Shown in pieces: positions 40,504 to 53,297 of a stretch of 64,000 nucleotides of DNA. Source of the stretch: Epiperipatus broadwayi. Taxonomy: Eukaryota > Animalia > Onychophora. Both the position numbers and the translations under genes were made by a program. Under the pieces are notes generated by a model that did no database searches, had not been told where the DNA came from, and saw only the letters and a list, made by a program, of their open reading frames with translations. The stretch is from assembly GCA_028023455.1 (NCBI GenBank), contig JAQFVV010000005.1, positions 20,770,001-20,834,000 of the forward strand, given 5' to 3'. The stretch's first letter is position 1. Each line of letters starts with the position of its first letter.

Positions 40504-41262
40504 AAAAAAAAAGAATTGTGAAAACTGCTTTATGAGAAGAGTGTAATAGAAGCAAAGCAATAAGAGCAAAATAAATTTTGGGTATGTCTATCATTCTCTA
40601 GATGCCAATACTATATGAATGGTTTGCAGGAATAATTTATATTTTATAATTGTATCTAATTTGTGTCATAAGAAGCTTTATATTAATCTTTATGGCATCA
40701 CAATACAAATGCTGTACCATTTAGGTTATAAAAGTATGTTTACTTCCATTTACTTTTTGAAATTACTCTAGCCACTTAAACCATTTATTTTATCTACATA
40801 TATTCCAGATCTTAAACTCAGGAAAGACAAAAAACTGATATATTTCAATATTCAGATTTTAAAGATTATTAACAAATTTTATTATTTACATGAAATAATT
40901 AATAATAAATTTAATACATAAAATAATATTAATCAATTAAGATAAAATCACTATTAATATGTGAACAATTTCTTTCAATTTTGAATCTTTTTATTCTTAT
41001 TATTACTTTTCATTAATGCATTCCTTTTTACCTTAAATGATTTGAATATCTTACCTTTAAATTCCAGAGAGGGATTCTTTGTATACAAACTAATATTGGA
41101 TAATATATACAGAAAATAATCGTGTTTTGAAATCTCTGCTATATGTGTATATATATTGACTGAATGCACACACTCCCATTGCTTATATGCTAAATAATTA
41201 TCAAATAATACAGATAGAATGCCATTAATCCAAATACTTATTATTGAATAACTCTTATTATC

Positions 41263-41303
41263 TCCTCACTGAAGAGACCCATAGGTCGAAACCGGTCTGG
41301 GGA
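41263..41303 (+). ncRNA. Intact type I hammerhead ribozyme
   Basis: TCCTCA CTGAAGA GACC CATA GGTC GAA ACCGGT C TGGGGA. All core nucleotides are canonical, helix I is 6 bp, helix II is 4 bp with a G-C closing pair, and helix III is palindromic. Predicted GUC cleavage 3' of C41297. Confidence 0.88.
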
Positions 41304-41900
41304 TGGGGACAATCTAAGATAAAGATGATTTGAATGCCTTCTCTTGTAGTAGTATTTATCATAATAAAAAAAAGCTTGTTTAGAGCTCATTAGCATGCTC
41401 TTAATTTTACATATCGGTAAATGCAAGCTATATATAAGTCATGTGACATCTGACTTTTTATTATTACTATTATTATCTAAACAAAATTTCAAAAGTGATC
41501 ATTAACCTTTTACAATGAATAAATTATGTGGAGTTGCATTTTAAAGTTTTATATTGTTATTAAAAAACACATTTATACAGTCTACTGATAGAATTTACAT
41601 ATAAACAAATCTGTAGTAATAAAATTAATGCTTATTTATACTTTTAGCAGAGTTTGGGTTTAGGATGAGGGGATAAAAGATCTGTTCTTGAAATCGAAAA
41701 ATCCAAAAAAAGAGATCACAAATCAGAGATTTAATATTATTTCATCTGTATTCTCCTTTAAAAATATTACCAAAATATGAATTGTGGTTATATATTTTAA
41801 CACAAATGTTTACATTTAAAATAAATATGGGCAAAGTTTATACTTCATATTAATCACTCATTACTGTAATTCATGTAAATTTTGTTTGGACATGAATATT

Positions 41901-42155
41901 AAACATCACATGATCACCATCCCTTATACTAGCACATAATTGTTCTAAACAAGGCAAAACTCTCCACACAGTAGTGCCACCCTGTGCCAACCAGAATAAT
42001 CAATGGATGCCAGAAGGGAACAAGCCAGAAACTAGTCTGGGGATATTGGACGAGTAGATACTATGATAGGGATTTTATGCACAAGCCTTCTGGCATCCAT
42101 TGATTACTCTGGTTGGCAGAGGGTCGCACTACTGTATGGAGAGTTTTGCTTGTAT
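41901..42155. mobile_element. Foldback insertion of the ~450-bp HHR repeat with a 9-bp TSD
   Basis: ATGAATATT at 41892-41900 and 42156-42164. The right arm starts inside the HHR (CAAGCCA GAAACTAGTC TGGGGA). Confidence 0.88.
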
Positions 42156-42373
42156 ATGAATATTCATGATATAAAGTGCTTTTCAAAGTGTTCCTTTAAG
42201 ACATAGATAAGACACAACATTTGTCAATAAACTTCCTTTTCTTTGAAGCTGACAACTTTTCATTATCACAATAAAGAGGTGAAAATACAACTTTTCAAGA
42301 GGTACTTGAATTGATCCACCTGTCCTAAGTTTTACTCTTCTCTATCTTCTGATGATTAATTAATAAATAATAG

Positions 42374-42547
42374 GGTAGTTTCACCCTACGTGCTCGATCA
42401 CCATGGATCTGTGTAGCCTCGGGCATTTTTACTTGTCGATTTTCAGCCACTTTTGGATATAAATTTATCACTTACAGGCTTCTGACCAGTTGTTGATGGT
42501 ACCACAGCATCACCTGGTGGCAATCGAGCACGTAGGGTTAAACTACC
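42374..42547. mobile_element. 174-bp MITE, 25-bp TIRs, 8-bp TSD
   Basis: TIR GGTAGTTT(C/A)ACCCTACGTGCTCGAT at both ends. AATAATAG at 42366-42373 and 42548-42555. Confidence 0.92.
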
Positions 42548-43612
42548 AATAATAGAATTTGAAGATCTCTACTAAATGAGAGAACTTTTGAGAATGCTGT
42601 GAAGACAAATCTTTAAGAAAATCTTTTGATTCTCCATTTCTTCTCTTTATATTATTCCTTGATATTGTTTTCTAAACATGAGTACTGCATGCTTTTATTT
42701 CGATCACATGATATCAAGAATACTATGAACGCTGAAGAAAATTTATTTTTTATTTTTAATGCATTTTTGTGAATAAAGTGCTTCTTTAATTTTTTATTTA
42801 TATTTTTTGTTTTTCACTTTTTAGTTTTATACAAAAGTTATAATTTGACACCACTAAATAACAGCAAACATGAACAGAACTGAATTCCAAATAAAATAAA
42901 AAATTTAATCATCTATTTTTTGCTAAAATTGGTTGCAAACTCAAAAAAAAAAAAGGAATTACCAATGGGAATATATAGGTATGCAAAGTTTTAACTAGAT
43001 CAGAAATTGGGAAATGGATAAAAATTGAGTTAGAACATTTCTCAGTCAAACAAACAGACAAAGAAATAAGTTACATAAAAGCACATAATATTTACTAAAG
43101 CTGTAACCTCAAGAATATGCGCATAAAAATGCGATAGTAGGGATCTCTACAGGTCTTAATCACAAGCTTACATTTTGGAAGAAAAGAGGGGAACCCTTCT
43201 TTACTTCAACCTACTTTCTATATAAATAAGTGAAGCTGAAGTGGTTAGATCTGAGAGCATGAAACTATTCAATACTTCACTGATTAAGTTCACATTTCTT
43301 ATTACACATTAATACTCATGAAATCTTTCGATTTACAACGAGTCAATGGAAAGATCTTATAGTTAGAAATCTATTACGATAATTTAAAGTTGTAATTATA
43401 AATTTATTTAAACGCACATTGATTACGTAAGTAATATTTACTAAGTCTGTAATAAAAATACATTGTAAATTATCCAATTATTTATGTTTTGATACATTAA
43501 TCCCTATATTACAACATGTTTCCTTTTTTTTTTTTTATAAAATAATATAATCTTAACAATAAATAATTACATTTTTGTTTATTTATTTCATTGCTTATTT
43601 CTTTCTAATCCT

Positions 43613-43664
43613 TCACATGATCACCATCTCTTATACTAGCACATAATTGTAGAGAGTTTTGCCT
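43613..43664. mobile_element. Minimal foldback fragment of the ~450-bp HHR repeat
   Basis: TCACATGATCACCATCTCTTATACTAGCACATAATTGT joined to the inverted AGAGAGTTTTGCCT. Confidence 0.7.
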
Positions 43665-43950
43665 TCTTTATAATTCCTGATCTTGCTACTTTTAATTAGT
43701 TGCTTAGTTCATTGGAAAACAACAATTATATATATATCTTTTTACTATTATGTTTATTTCATTTAAGTTTTATTTAATACTAGCTATATCCACAACTTTA
43801 TTCACTTTAGTAGAATAATAATAAAAATAAAAGTATAAAAAATTATAATGTAATTGATAATTAAAAAATATTTTAAATTTGTGTATATAAGAAGGCTATA
43901 TTTTGAGCAGTACAATTTTTTTTAATATTTTATTATCTAAATTTCACTTA

Positions 43951-44182
43951 CAATTTTTGATGTATTGAATACCAAATAAAAATTTCCCTTGCTACTTCTC
44001 TCCATTTTTCTAGCTGCACCCTTACATTAAAAGAAATTTTTAAAATTAAAATATATTTACATATTCCATTTTCAATTTTTGATGTATTAATACCAAATAA
44101 AAAATTTCCTTCTCTAATAATCTCCATTTCTTTATCTATACCCTCACATTAGTAGAGAGTTTGATAATTAAAATATATTTAT
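43951..44182. repeat. Diverged tandem duplication, period about 122 bp
   Basis: CAATTTTTGATGTATT(G/A)ATACCAAATAAAAA... at 43951 and 44073. Confidence 0.8.
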
Positions 44183-45456
44183 ATGAAATAATTATTAATA
44201 GCAGTATTGTAAAAAATATACCTTTTATTAAATACAATAAACAATAATTTCAAAGTAAATTATTTTATATTTCTCACATTGATAATTTATGAAAGCTATG
44301 AAATTTTAACATTTTGGCATATGCAAGTGAAAAATTAAATATATGGTCCAAACAAAATTTTATTAACTTAAAATATTTTACTTCAGATTACTAAAAGCTA
44401 TAATTCTCTCAATTTCTTTAGTATATATTTTAATGTGCAGACCACAATATTTTCCAATGTATGTAATCTTTTAATGAGTTCCAGTCTCTTTTTGAGTTTT
44501 ATGACATCATTAGAAAATGGTTACTATTCCAATGAATTTTTTATATTGAAAATTACCAAAATTTTTAAAACAATTAAGTACCATAAAGCAAAAATCCATA
44601 GCCTATAAAACTCTTCACAAAAAAAGAAAGAAAATCATGCAAAATTAACTAAGGCTGTATAATACTTATTTGTTGAGATATAAAGTAATAAATAAACTTT
44701 CATATTTATATAGTAATGTAGATTGTGGGGACTTTTTTAAATCAGTTTTGTGGAACAATAAAAAAAGTATGATAACATGTAGTAAAAGAAAGTTAATTTA
44801 AATCATTTATTTTTACTTTTATAAATAAATAGCCAAAATTAGTAATGGCCATTATAATGAATTTCAAGTGAACCCATTTCATTTAGTAGCTCTAAACTTT
44901 GTACTGCCTTATTGTCTAAAGACTATTTTTTCTTAAATATCTAAACAAATTGATATCAAATCTTTGGATATTAATATAATTGTATTGCTATATATAAACT
45001 ATAAACACTAAAAAAAATACTAAATAGAATTTATAAAATAGAATGTATATTAAAATAAAATAGAAAGCATAGATTGTAGATTATATTAAAACTACAAAGA
45101 ATGACATTGTAACTAGATTGAAGTAACATTTAATAAACAAGCATTTTAATGTTTTTGATCATTCTAAGAAATTTAAATTAAGACATTAAGATGATTTAAA
45201 ATGTTAAATCCCATTAAAAAAGAATGATTAAAGGAGCTATTTAGATAGAAAAAGAAATGTGTTTTAAATAAAATAAATGGAAGGGAAATGGTTAGTACAT
45301 TGTTTTAATAGGTTTATTTTTTACAATTAAGAGTAATCAGTTTAATGATTGGAAATTATAATAAAAATATGAATGATAAGTGAAAAGTAACTGTTAATTT
45401 TAAAATGTAATAAGAATGAAAAATGTATTATTTTTAATATAAAGTATAGGTATTAC

Positions 45457-46053
45457 CCAGGCAAAATTCTCCATATAGTAGTAACCGGAGTAATCAATGG
45501 ATGCCAGAAGGCTGGGGCATAAAATCCCCATCCAGTGCCTACTCATCCAATATCTCCAGACTAGTTTCTGACTTGTGGCCTTCATTAGTAGGAGCCTTGG
45601 ATCTGAGAGCACTGCATCTAGATCTTGGGATCTAATGCAACCCTCCAGAAGCCACCTTTTATCTCTACTTAACTATAAAACTATGAGAATGAAGTTGGAA
45701 ATACAATAATATTTTCAATCTAAGATCAATAGCTTATATAGTCATATGAGTCTGAACTGCATCCATACATTTTGGTGTCTTTGGCTCTTTAACAACCATA
45801 GACACCACTATCCTATTAGGCAGGATTAGTGTTAAACCACTAAACATCACATGATCACCATCTCTTATGCTAGCACATAACTGTTATTAAACAGGCAAAA
45901 CTCTCCATAAAGTAGTGCCATCCTGTGCCAACCAGAATAATCAATGGATGCCAGAAGGTTGTGCATAAAATCTCCATCTATTGTATGGAGAGTTTTGCCT
46001 GTTTAATAACAGTTATGTGCTAGCATAAGAGATGGTGATCATGTGATGTTTAA
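45457..46053. mobile_element. ~450-bp HHR repeat: about 1.2 tandem units plus an inverted arm, 9-bp TSD
   Basis: Unit starts at 45461 and 45895. Inverted arm 45980-46053. AGGTATTAC at 45448-45456 and 46054-46062. HHR on the minus strand at about 45545-45603. Confidence 0.9.
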
Positions 46054-46857
46054 AGGTATTACTTGGAATTAATATTACATTTTATACACTTTCATGTAAC
46101 TTCATCTGTTCTTTTTTTTTTTTTTTTGTATGTAGGATAAAATCTTGTAACTCAACTTCCCAATTTCTAATCTAAATGCAACTTTGCATACATGGATAGC
46201 AAAAAATTAATGAAAAAATTATTTAATTTTGTGTGTAACAATAATGCTGGTGGTGTCTATCATGCTTTTTGTAATTTAAAACCGAATGATTCATGAAAAA
46301 TGGGATTAAATGATTTTTTTTATTTATTTATATGCTTTTCTTTTTCATATAAAACTAAAAATTCAAAAATAATTTTTTTTTAGTTTTCACAAATAAAAGC
46401 ATGGGTAACATGTTTAGAAACATTATTGAATATAATTTACATAAACAGAAATTAGATATATACAGTATATACTTCATAAACATAGTAGTAACATGATGAA
46501 GAATATTAAGTTTAAAATGTTAAATTGTAATTTTTTCTAGATGAGAAACTTATTGTTTTCTGTTTAGTGCATTTATAAAAATAAGTGTTTAATTTTTATT
46601 TTATTTTGTATATATTAAAAATATCTAGACCAGCGGTCAGCACTATTTAGATACTGTGGCCCACTAGCGTAATTTTTAAAGGTATGAATTAATACAAGCA
46701 TCGAGTATGATAATAATAAATAATAATAATATATATTAAAAATTAGTGTGACATTTGCTGGTTTAAAATGAATGTATAAATACATATTTGTTACAAAATA
46801 AGAGTCATAGATCAATTCATAGATCACATGACCCTATCTCTTAAGCTTGTAAGTTAT

Positions 46858-46984
46858 AAACAGTGAGGATTGCCAATTCCTCTACAAGCTTTATGATAAA
46901 TTCCTGACAGAGATATTTTAAGTGCTGGCTCTGGCTAAGCATTTATCATAAAGCTTGTAGAGGAATTGGCAATCCTCACTGTTT
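46858..46984. repeat. Perfect 44-bp inverted repeat with a 39-bp spacer
   Basis: 46858-46901 is the exact reverse complement of 46941-46984. Confidence 0.95.
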
Positions 46985-47199
46985 ACGTATTTGTTACGTT
47001 TTATATGTGTAATTTTGTGATTCGTATCTACAAAAATTATTTATGATTAATAACGAATAGTATTCTATTCTTTAATAATTATTATATCAAACTTTTGGAT
47101 GGAAAAAAATGGAGAAAATGTGTGAGGAATAATTTCATTTATTTTATCAGAAAATTTTATATATATATTTAGCTTTTTTTTAAATATATATATAGAAGA

Positions 47200-47530
47200 T
47201 TAGCTTGAGTTATCTTGTTAAATTCTTTCTAAGTTTCTATTATTAAATACTGCGGTATTATTAGCTTCTGGAGTTATTGTAACTTGGGCTCATCATAAAT
47301 TAATGGAAGGTAACTACAATTAGGGAATTGAAGGATTATGCTTTATTGTAAGTCAAGATTTTCATTTTCTGATTCAGTTTGTGGAACTAATTATTTTAAT
47401 TGCTACAGGATTTTATGGGTTACATGTTATTACTGGAATAAGTTTTTTATTAATTTGTTTAATTCATCAATATTATTATCATTATTCTAAAAATCATTAT
47501 TTTGGGTATGAAGCATCAGTTTGGTATTGA
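47200..47530 (+). pseudogene. cox3: Nuclear mitochondrial pseudogene (NUMT) of cytochrome c oxidase subunit 3
   Basis: [19 protein letters not shown] and ATGFYGLHVITG...NHYFGYEASVWY(TGA=W) motifs. In-frame TAG, frameshifts and an internal deletion near 47350. Confidence 0.9.
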
Positions 47531-49650
47531 TTATTTAACATGAAGAAAACATAATTAATGAATAAAAACATGTTATTATTATTGAGAATACCATGACATG
47601 TACATATATTATACAACATACTCAAGTTTTAAGGGACTAACGAAAAGTATATTTATTAACAACAGAATTTCCTGTCAATAAGCACCATAACCTAAGTAAC
47701 CCATTACAAATGTAAAACTCACATACATAATAAATTCAATTTCCAAGAAATGGGATTTATCAAATTTCAGGGCTACCAATGATCACTGATATTAAGTAAA
47801 AAAAAAAAAATTGAATATTGTTAGTAGCAATCAGCCTATTGCTATCTAATCTTCACCAAACATTATATGCTACTATGATCAAGTGACTAATATACACCAG
47901 ATTTTTGAAAAAAATTTGTTCTTGCTTGCTATATACCCTTAGCATAATTTATTATGATTTCATTATAGAACTTTATCATTTCATATGAGTTTAGAGTTGT
48001 ATTATTTTATAAAATCTCAATTTATTATAGGTCAATTTCTTAGGAAGTAAGATGATACTGAAGCATTAAAGTTGAATAAACTGAAAGTATGCTCTTTTTT
48101 CCATTTTCTTCTGCTGGAAATTAATTCAGGAATTTTTAACTCTTTAACCAGACAATCTTACTACTAGCCAATGTTATGATGTATTTATACATATACACAA
48201 CATAATTTTAACTAATCTAACAAGAATAAATGCCTACATCTCAGAAAACCATAAATATTGATAAAAAATGTATCAACTTCAAACACATAAGCTTTAATTA
48301 TAGCATTGATCTTTTAAAATACTATATTGATATTTTCCATTCTTTACTTTTTGTCACCATGGTGCCCATATGGACAGCATAAGCAGAGGAGAAATGCATC
48401 TATTGTAACGAAACACAGCAATCTGCCCATAGAAAATCACTGCTTCAGCGACAATAATTACTATAAACGGGATCAAACCCATCATTTATCATTTTTTTTA
48501 TTAATCTATAACATTAAATTATTTTACCTAGATAGGCCCTATATATAAACATCTACACATTTATTTTATATATACATAAATTATTTAAAATACCTAGTCT
48601 AATACTCTGTTGTACATCTTCCGAAAATTTATTACGGCTGGAAAAAGTATGATTTTTATAATAAATTATACTATCATTTTGTGATAATAGATATAACCCA
48701 GCAACATCCATCCTCCCCTCAGTAGAATTGTTATTAAAGATATTCTGTCAAATTTATTAATTTTTTTATGCTATTGATATTTCAACATTCAATTAAAAAA
48801 AAATAATCGAATAGCTCTAGTGCTTGGAAATTCATAAAAAAATCGAAAGCCGGAAGTGACAAAACTGACTTGCTATTCCCGGACTTTTGCTCCAGAATCT
48901 GTAACTCTACTAAACCGTACAATAAAAATGCAAATTGCTACCTATTATTGATTCGACAACTATGACTGTAAGAGCTATGCAGTAAACGAGCCACAGCGGT
49001 TGTAGAGTAAGATTTTCTTCTCATATGTTCCAGGAAGGGGGGTCTCTGCCGAGAGTATATCGAAACTAGTTCTCAAGTTGGATTATTATTTAGCTAATTG
49101 TTGACTATTTTACAAGTTATGTTTTATGCACAATCAATAGGTAAAATATATACGATTTAATATTGAGTAATCGTTAATGAGACTTCTCACACATTTTTCT
49201 TAATAATATGACTATATATATATGTGGGTAAAAAAATATTATATACGGTATACATTATATATTAAGAGTTATCAATATAAGACTGCTTTCTTCATAAATT
49301 GCATTGACATGCGATTACTTTCCTATACAAACCTCACTGTTGAATATTCTCTCCTTGGCAACTATTTATACGTATTAATAAAAGTTTTTACATTAGAATA
49401 AAATAATAGTGAAACATTTTAAAAGTAGTCAGCAGGTTAAAAACTTTCCATTAATAATTAAATCATTCAAAGAAATACCGGCTAACTATTACAATAATGC
49501 AACGGAGCAAAAGAAAATGTCAAAAGGATTTTAATAAGAACATTATGCTAACTTGTTTAAGATTTACTTCTTAAAAGTTGGTTTACATTTACAAAACTAG
49601 TATTGATTTTTGCTATTTCAAGATGCAGTATTAAAAAAAAAAAGCCCTAC

Positions 49651-50694
49651 CTTCGTAAAATCCGCAATCATAAACGCTCTCTCTAATCCAATAAATAGAA
49701 CCAAGGGTAAGATTAGATAAAGGCGATGATCTTTTAGTATTCTACAAGTGCGTTCAATAAGGTAAGCAGGGGTTAATTCAGTCGATGTATCCTGATATAA
49801 TTGCATATCCATATTTCCTAATAAAGTTGTACTTAGAGCTATACCCATAACACCACAGCCAAAACAAATACTATATAACATAAATACATAATTTGAAGGT
49901 ACATGAACAGTTGTCAAAAATGTCGCGTTAAGATCGGCAAAAATACCGCAATCGTGGCTTCCGCAGGCCACTTTGACACGTGTAATGTTTTTCGTGTGTG
50001 TGGCCGTTTCTCCGTGATAGGTTAGGATCAAAGCTGATATAAGATTCCCCCACACTTGACTGGAATAGAAAATCAAATTAAAGATCCTTATGAAACGATT
50101 GACTACCCGCTCTCGTAAATCATCCATAAGAAAGGCATATTTTGAAGCAGCGGTCATGATGCACGAAGATTGGGCACAAAATAATGGTCCCAGGCATAAA
50201 CCAAGTATCACAGACGCAGGTAGAAGGCTAAAATCACTTGGATAAAAGTTAGCTCCTGTATACGCGGTAAAAAATATAAAAGATACCGCCACAGTCCACT
50301 TGGCTGAAGTTTTATATATAAGGGTAGGACCAAAGATACAAGCCACAGTTGTAGCACCATAAATGCAAATAAGAGATAAAACTCCTAATCCACCTTCATA
50401 ATTTAAGGTACTCTGCAAATTTTGTAAGGCAAAAAATCCCGTGAAAACAAACATAAATGATAATGCCAGAATAATAAGATTTCGCATAATCCTTTTCGGC
50501 GAAGTACTTCTCCTCGAGGATAATTCCACCACACCACTGATACCCATGTTTATTCGGCGTTGCACGTACGACCCGTAATAATTTCGTTTGCTGTGCGGAA
50601 TGCAAGAATCTCCAAATTCTATATTGATTTTATTTGGCCCGCGATCAAGAAAGTTTAATAACTCTGTCCGTTTGGGCGAAGTCATATCAGTCAT
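49651..50694 (-). CDS. UNC93A: First large coding exon of an UNC93A-like (UNC-93 family, MFS) membrane protein
   Basis: RNLIILALSFMFVFTGFFALQNLQSTLNYEGGLG...ANFYP...P is the UNC-93 domain. LILPLVLFIGLERAFMIADFTK ends at donor AAG|GTAGGG (49651/49650), the point where the ORF track loses homology. Confidence 0.88.
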
Positions 50695-51424
50695 TTCATA
50701 GAGCTGACTCCGATTATTCGACGCCGTGGTTCCGCTTTGAATTTCAAGCTTAAACTCTTTTAAGACTACCGCTACCTACCTACCGAGGCTGCAACGTTCA
50801 TGGATAGCTCGTTATTAGTTAGTAAGATACTGAAAGTAAATTTAATTTTTTGCATGTCTTAAGAATGCACTAGTTACACCGAGGCTGCTCAAAAGCATTT
50901 CCCATTACGATTGCGCAGGGAACCGCAGACTTTGGTTGGACAAACTCCTGCAAAAATTTTTAGAATTGAAAATTCGAGAGGCCCACGCTAAAACTCTTTT
51001 AAATCTTCTGTTTACGTTTATAAACTCCGAGCTTTATAGCAAGCATAAAAAAAAAAAAAAACCATCATTATTATAAAAAATAGTTGTGCGGATTAAAATT
51101 ATACAAAAGTTTATAAAAACATTAAATTACTGAGCAATAAGAAATTTTGTTCCTTGGCATATTTCATCCGCTTTTATTATCTTTTTCCCTTCCATACCGC
51201 ATCATCGCTGAGGTGTTGTTAACATACGGGCTGAAATGATCGACTGTGCTACATTTATGTGAATTTTTCATTATCAAAAAGTTAAGACTTATTTAGCATC
51301 TATTTAAAATGATGAAGTTTGGGAGATAAATTTTCTGCTTTTTATTAAAACACTCCGACTCTACTCCACTTCCAACTGCCGTCTATTTTATTCTCCCTTC
51401 AGCCATTTTCAATTTTACCTCTTC

Positions 51425-51492
51425 GCAAACCAATGCTGCGATGATAATTGAAGTTTGATTGGTTAAAAGATTAAGACTGCACCAATCAGAAG
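51425..51492. promoter_or_regulatory. CCAAT-box cluster in the CpG-richer region upstream of the UNC93-like exon
   Basis: ACCAATG, GATTGG and ACCAATCAG within about 65 bp; locally higher CpG density over 50700-51620. Confidence 0.3.
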
Positions 51493-52402
51493 AAAGCTTT
51501 ATAAATGATTGCTTTACAAACTAAGTTATTATTTAATATTCATAAAAACGATCTGTATGTTTTACAGATAGAGTAAGTAAAATGTTGCGTCTGTCGACTG
51601 AAAGAAATTAAACGTCAGTCTATTAAATTAATTATTGTTTAAACTAGAATCATTCACCTAGGTGATTCTGCTAACATTAATTAAATATTAAAATATCTCG
51701 CTTTGAAATGAATTCATTTCAATTAAATTTTTTAACTTTACAAAAAAAAGTTTATGAAATATTCAGTTTAGCACTTGAAGATAAACAAAACTTATTCAAG
51801 TAAATGAGTTTACAAGTAGCTACGATTACTAGTATTATATAAGTGTATATACACACACATACTATCAATACTGGAAGGTAACTAAAATCCGCATGCAATC
51901 AACTCTCCAAAGGTTTATTTTTATTTTTTAAAAATTCTTTTTGTAATATATTAATTGTTTTATAAATTTTAAAAATGTGGTATTAATATTTAATAGTGAC
52001 CGATAAATAATTAATAAGTAAATTTAGGATCATTTTTTAATCCCAGACACGCAGAGTACTCCAGTTTTTTCTAGTGTAAATGATAAAAACTGAAAACAAA
52101 CATTTTAAAGCATTAAATGAATATAAAAAATTTGATGAATATAGAACCATTTTGACACATGCACAGACATAAAAAGTCGATTGGTGCTAATTCATATGAT
52201 TATTTGCAAGCAAGATGTCTTTTCTATAGGTATACTTCTGATAAACTGTCAAAATTGTGGTACAAAAATTTCAATAACTTAAAATTTTCAGATGTCATTT
52301 ATTGGAGATTATTTTATTCTATATAAGTATAAAATTAATATTAAAAAATCCAACAAAATTATTTAAATTAAACTTTTTATTATGTATATATTGTGTATAT
52401 TA

Positions 52403-52444
52403 TAGTTCTGAAGAAGACTGTTGGACAATCAAAACTATCAGCTA
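52403..52444 (+). ncRNA. Fossil type I HHR (CTGAAGA-A-GACTG family)
   Basis: TAGTT CTGAAGA A GACTG TTGGA CAATC AAAACTAT C AGCTA. Helix I is 5 bp; G12 replaced by A. Confidence 0.55.
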
Positions 52445-53297
52445 CTTTTGAAAATGTAGGATAATCAAATATTAAATTTGTATTATGTAAAATACATAGA
52501 AGAATGTGTTATTATTGCTTATTTATATTAATAAGGAAGTCATTAAAATCTAAAATTGCACTAGGACTTAATAAATTCATGTCTTATTGATGTTAAATTA
52601 TTTAGTGTATAGCTTTAAATATTCAAAAGCTAAAACAAATGTTTAAAGAGAATGATGAATTATTATGAACTAGAACTGATTATATTGTGATAGTAATCAA
52701 TGTTCCTTCAGGCAGAAAACATAGTACATATGTTTGTTGTTATGGAAAAATGAAGTCTATCTGTTTTTGAGTTGCTGTCTTATTACTACTATGCACGGAG
52801 CAAAATAAATTTTGAGGGACAAAACTGACATACATTTGAGAGATGTTCGGATACACATGAACATTGTTTGTTGCCTGTAATACACTTTGTTTTCATATTA
52901 TGTTAATCTTCTAATATCTAGCTTCTAAAAAGAAATGTGGTTACTCATATATCCAACTTTGTGTAGCTTCAATCACCTTATCAATATTTTTGAATATCTT
53001 GTTCTCTCAAAACATTCTTTGGCAAAAAATGACAAGTATTGGAACTATATTTTAATAATTATCATTTCCACTCAGCATTGATCCACTATGGAATGAAGAT
53101 ATCCATCTCACACATAATTGTTTCTAGGTCATACATCTATTTATAGAAACTTTTTAGCCTCTCAATTCTTTCAATGTCATCAGTGGCTCCTATTTGTTTT
53201 TTCATTCATGTATTTTTGCCTTGATCTACCTCATTATTTTCTATGTCCAATTTTTCTATTCTTTGTTGTGTGGTCTGAAGTGTCTGTATTACTTGTT

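Noticed and set aside
48327-48548. GC-richer short ORF and hydrophobic minus-strand frame, tested as the next UNC93 exon
   Set aside because: No UNC-93 motifs and no fitting splice phase.
49020-49080. CGAAACTAGTT with an upstream hairpin
   Set aside because: No recognisable 5' core or helix I.
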